DNA of 63,246 bases, counting the filler, from Asterionella formosa (taxonomy: Eukaryota), in the NCBI GenBank assembly GCA_002256025.1. It is 8 parts of 8 records of this genome, joined end to end, with 100 filler letters (N's around TTAATTAATTAA, not from the genome) between each part and the next. Parts side by side here need not be neighbours in the genome. Positions count along the whole stretch, not along the records: positions 55,437 to 63,246 come from NKIB01012381.1; 7 more parts are not named here. One strand, 5' to 3'. The notes under the pieces are model-generated. The model saw only the letters and a list, made by a program, of their open reading frames with translations, was not told the origin of the DNA and did no database searches. This document shows positions 62,176 through 63,246 of the stretch, piece by piece. The position numbers and the translations under genes are program-made. Each line of letters begins with the position of its first letter. Position 1 is the first letter of the stretch.

Positions 62176-63246
62176 CACAATGAATCTCACTAGACTATTG
62201 AATACTATAGAACGTCACATTGTTCGAAAGAAGTAAAGGAAGATATGTAATAAGTTTGGTTCCTAATTCTTATGCCAAATGAGAATTGTTTAATTTGTCA
62301 ATATTGAAATTCATGTTCACTAGACTGGAGTGAAGTTCAATTGTCTTGCAACATCTTTCATTGACCTTTTAGGCACCATGCGCAAGAGTATCGATGTTAA
62401 TTGGATTTCAAGCAATTCAAGGCTTCAAGTCATGTATGCTTCATGGCTTCTTCCATTTCCGACCTACACACTCAAGCGATGATTGAGAAAACTACAAGTC
62501 TTTCCTAACTTAGTCTAACTATTCAGGAGTTAGTGAGACTTGTGGCAGGATCCGAAATCAAAATGGGTCAACGATCTCAAAACTTTTCCCAGACAAATCT
62601 AAAACGCCAGTCACCGCAAAAACATCAAGAGGCTCAAACCCCGCCTAATCTACTCTAAAATCACAGGAAGAAGAAAGAGAGCTAGCTAACCTCATGCAAT
62701 CGCCAAGTCGGTTAGCATCTCCTGTGGATATGGAGGAAATAGAAACCACGGAACAAATTGAACAATCATAATGGCAAATGGCAAGATGCGCAGTCAAAAA
62801 AGCACGAAAAACTATGGCAAAAATCGAATTGCATAAAGAGCCACCGCCTCTGGAGGACTCGGACACAGACATGGAGGACTTCGATTATACAGTCGGTTGT
62901 TTATTCAGGCAACATGGCGATTAAAAGGGTAGGAGAAACAAGAAGAAACAACCTTTCATTCCAACAGGCAGTACAAAACATGGATCAACATAGCGATTTA
63001 GAAATAACTCAAGAAATAGAAAATCGAGAACCAAGCCGACTGGCTGATCATTCCAAAAACCAGATATAAAATGATAGAGACAACCCATCCAAATTGTGGT
63101 TATCATCAGCGTCCGACCGAGAAGAAGAAGAAAGACAACGCAAAGGGAGAAAATCTGGAGAAGAGTGACTTGGGCCAGCGAGACTGGATTCTAACACCAA
63201 ACCAGAATACCAAAAACGGGGCAACATCGAGAAATTCAAGAACAAA

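Noticed and set aside
62645..63246. Short ORFs at the window end
   Set aside because: Fragmented low-complexity frames with no recognisable motif; probably decayed TE sequence.

Overview
Eukaryotic nuclear scaffold, most likely from a diatom. Evidence: short GT-AG introns, a fucoxanthin-chlorophyll LHC gene, bipartite plastid-targeting peptides and diatom-type Copia elements. The window is a gapped draft assembly; many gaps contain an artificial TTAATTAATTAA spacer. Compact gene islands alternate with decayed transposon blocks. Genes: LRR-HlyIII fusion, sirtuin, JmjC, SmF, Kish, YqgE/AlgH, PhyH-type dioxygenase, SNARE, prohibitin, beta-propeller, rhodanese, LHC and several unknowns. Transposon remnants: a DIRS/Ngaro-like retroelement, a Plavaka/CMC-type DNA transposon carrying an antisense Hsp70 fragment, a related TIR-bounded non-autonomous copy, a full-length Copia nested in the LTR of an older Copia, a Harbinger-like element and several orphan ends. 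The most interesting locus is 49817-52061. It encodes a phage/bacterial-type Mom-like GNAT module with a probable organellar presequence, and it appears to run across a gap into a SAM-dependent methyltransferase domain. All family assignments come from motif recognition by eye; no searches were run.
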